Source: Lytechinus pictus
Taxonomy: Eukaryota
Direction of reading: 5' to 3'
DNA length: 64,000 nt
Assembly: GCF_037042905.1 (NCBI RefSeq)
Contig: NC_087248.1
Location: forward strand, 7,688,001 to 7,752,000
Below the pieces are notes generated by a model. The model was not told the DNA's origin and did no database searches. It was given only the letters and a program-made list of their open reading frames with translations. Below are positions 63,101 to 64,000 of this stretch, one piece after another. A program made the translations under genes and the position numbers. The first letter of the stretch is position 1. Every line of letters starts with the position of its first letter.

Positions 63101-63921
63101 GAGAAAAATAATGAGAAAGTTATGAGCATTTGAATATTGGAATCACTAATGCCTGGAGATCCTCCTATTGGCAATGCGACAAGGATGTGTGATGTCACAT
63201 GTGAACAACTTTCCCTTTGATGGACTATAAAATACCCCCCAAATGTTTCTTTTTGCTTTTTCTTATGGTGATACAAACTCTTTATTCATGATGTATTCTT
63301 TAAAAATCTGTCATATACATGCCCTCATATAGAAAGAACATATATGATCTACTGATAGGCAGTTTAAGTGAAATGTATACTAAAGTTATGGGGAGAGTTG
63401 TTCACAAGTGACATCACACATCTTTGTCGCATTGCCAATATGAGGAGCTCCATAGCATTAGTGATCGCAACATTCAAATGCTCATAACTTTCTCATTACT
63501 TGTCCGATTTTTCTCAAACTTTCGTTGATCTGTTTTATTTCTATTTTTCTGTTTTCACACGAGCTATCTTGTTCCAAAGGTTTCATTCTCCTTTAAGCTT
63601 ACATCACATCTTATTTTGAAAGATTATTGAGTGGCTATCAAATTGCTAGTCACAAAGGAAAGATCATTTGCGAAAAGTGGTTCGAGAATAAATTAAGAAA
63701 TGTCTTACAGTCATCCATCTGCTCATAATGTAGGCAAGGACAATGTTTGAAGGTGAAAAGGCAGGCTTGAACGCCATATTAGCCACTGGACTGGTCCGCT
63801 GCCCGAGACCTATCGAGATCTACGACCTCAAGGATGGTCCAGGATCTATCTTCGTCATGGAATATATGGAATTGAGAGATCTTGATCGGTATGCTGCCAC
63901 GTTGGGTGAAGCTATCGCAAG
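60168..63921 (+). CDS. Second FN3K/FN3KRP-like paralog, first two coding exons; continues beyond the window
   Basis: Exon 60168-60320 (MLEEALHDLTGLKTLEE..GQGFISECRSFQSEKGQFFAKMNKKSR|GT) and exon 63734-63921 (188 nt, ARTMFEGEKAGLNAILATGLVRCPRPIEIYDLKDGPGSIFVMEYMEL..LGEAIAR|GT). The second exon has the same length and phase as exon 2 of the minus-strand paralog. Confidence 0.88.
60705..62646. mobile_element. ~1.9-kb non-autonomous DNA transposon with dispersed GCGAGCGCGAAGCGCGAGC motifs
   Basis: Ends CAGGGGCGGATCCAG / CTGGATCCGCCTATG, flanked by CATGTG on both sides. The motif recurs at ~61146, 61326, 61435, 61684, 62058, 62190 and 62407. Confidence 0.7.
63026..63592. mobile_element. Kolobok-like MITE (567 bp) with ~200-bp imperfect TIRs
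   Basis: TTAA|AGGGGAATGAAACCTTTGGAACAAG ... CTTGTTCCAAAGGTTTCATTCTCCT|TTAA. Confidence 0.8.
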
Positions 63922-64000
63922 GTAATATAATCAGACAGACTTGAAAATATAGGGGGTCTAAACGAATAAATGGGCATTCATTCACTTCTCTTTTCATGTT

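Overview
Intron-rich, repeat-dense animal DNA, most likely sea urchin (inferred from the intronless sea-urchin-type TLR and the repeat families); it is not prokaryotic. I assembled five gene models by hand from splice sites and reading phase. (1) Malonyl-CoA decarboxylase MLYCD, + strand, 10 coding exons, 1088-12809, ending in a peroxisomal SKL. (2) The zinc-finger deubiquitinase ZUP1/ZUFSP, - strand, 8 coding exons, 28003-19716, convergent with MLYCD, with a ~360-aa extra disordered region rich in SIM-like motifs. (3) A divergent fructosamine/ketosamine-3-kinase, - strand, 44016-37495. (4) An intronless Toll-like receptor, + strand, 51248-53924, split by one frameshift. (5) A second FN3K-family paralog, + strand, from 60168, cut off by the window end. 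The most striking non-coding feature is a 1980-bp foldback element (31242-33221). It has ~0.8-kb inverted arms, GG...CC ends, a perfect 8-bp target duplication and mirror-image arrays of 78-bp hairpin units. It lies near an 890-bp hAT-like insertion upstream of ZUP1. Introns carry Helentron-like (HINE/Tsp/pearl-type) satellite elements full of perfect DR1 nuclear-receptor motifs, plus many nested Kolobok-, piggyBac-, Harbinger- and hAT-like MITEs and tRNA-derived SINEs. There are two assembly gaps (25991-26122, 50008-50135). I found no CRISPR array, rRNA or true tRNA gene. Comparisons to human proteins and TE superfamilies are from memory, not database searches.
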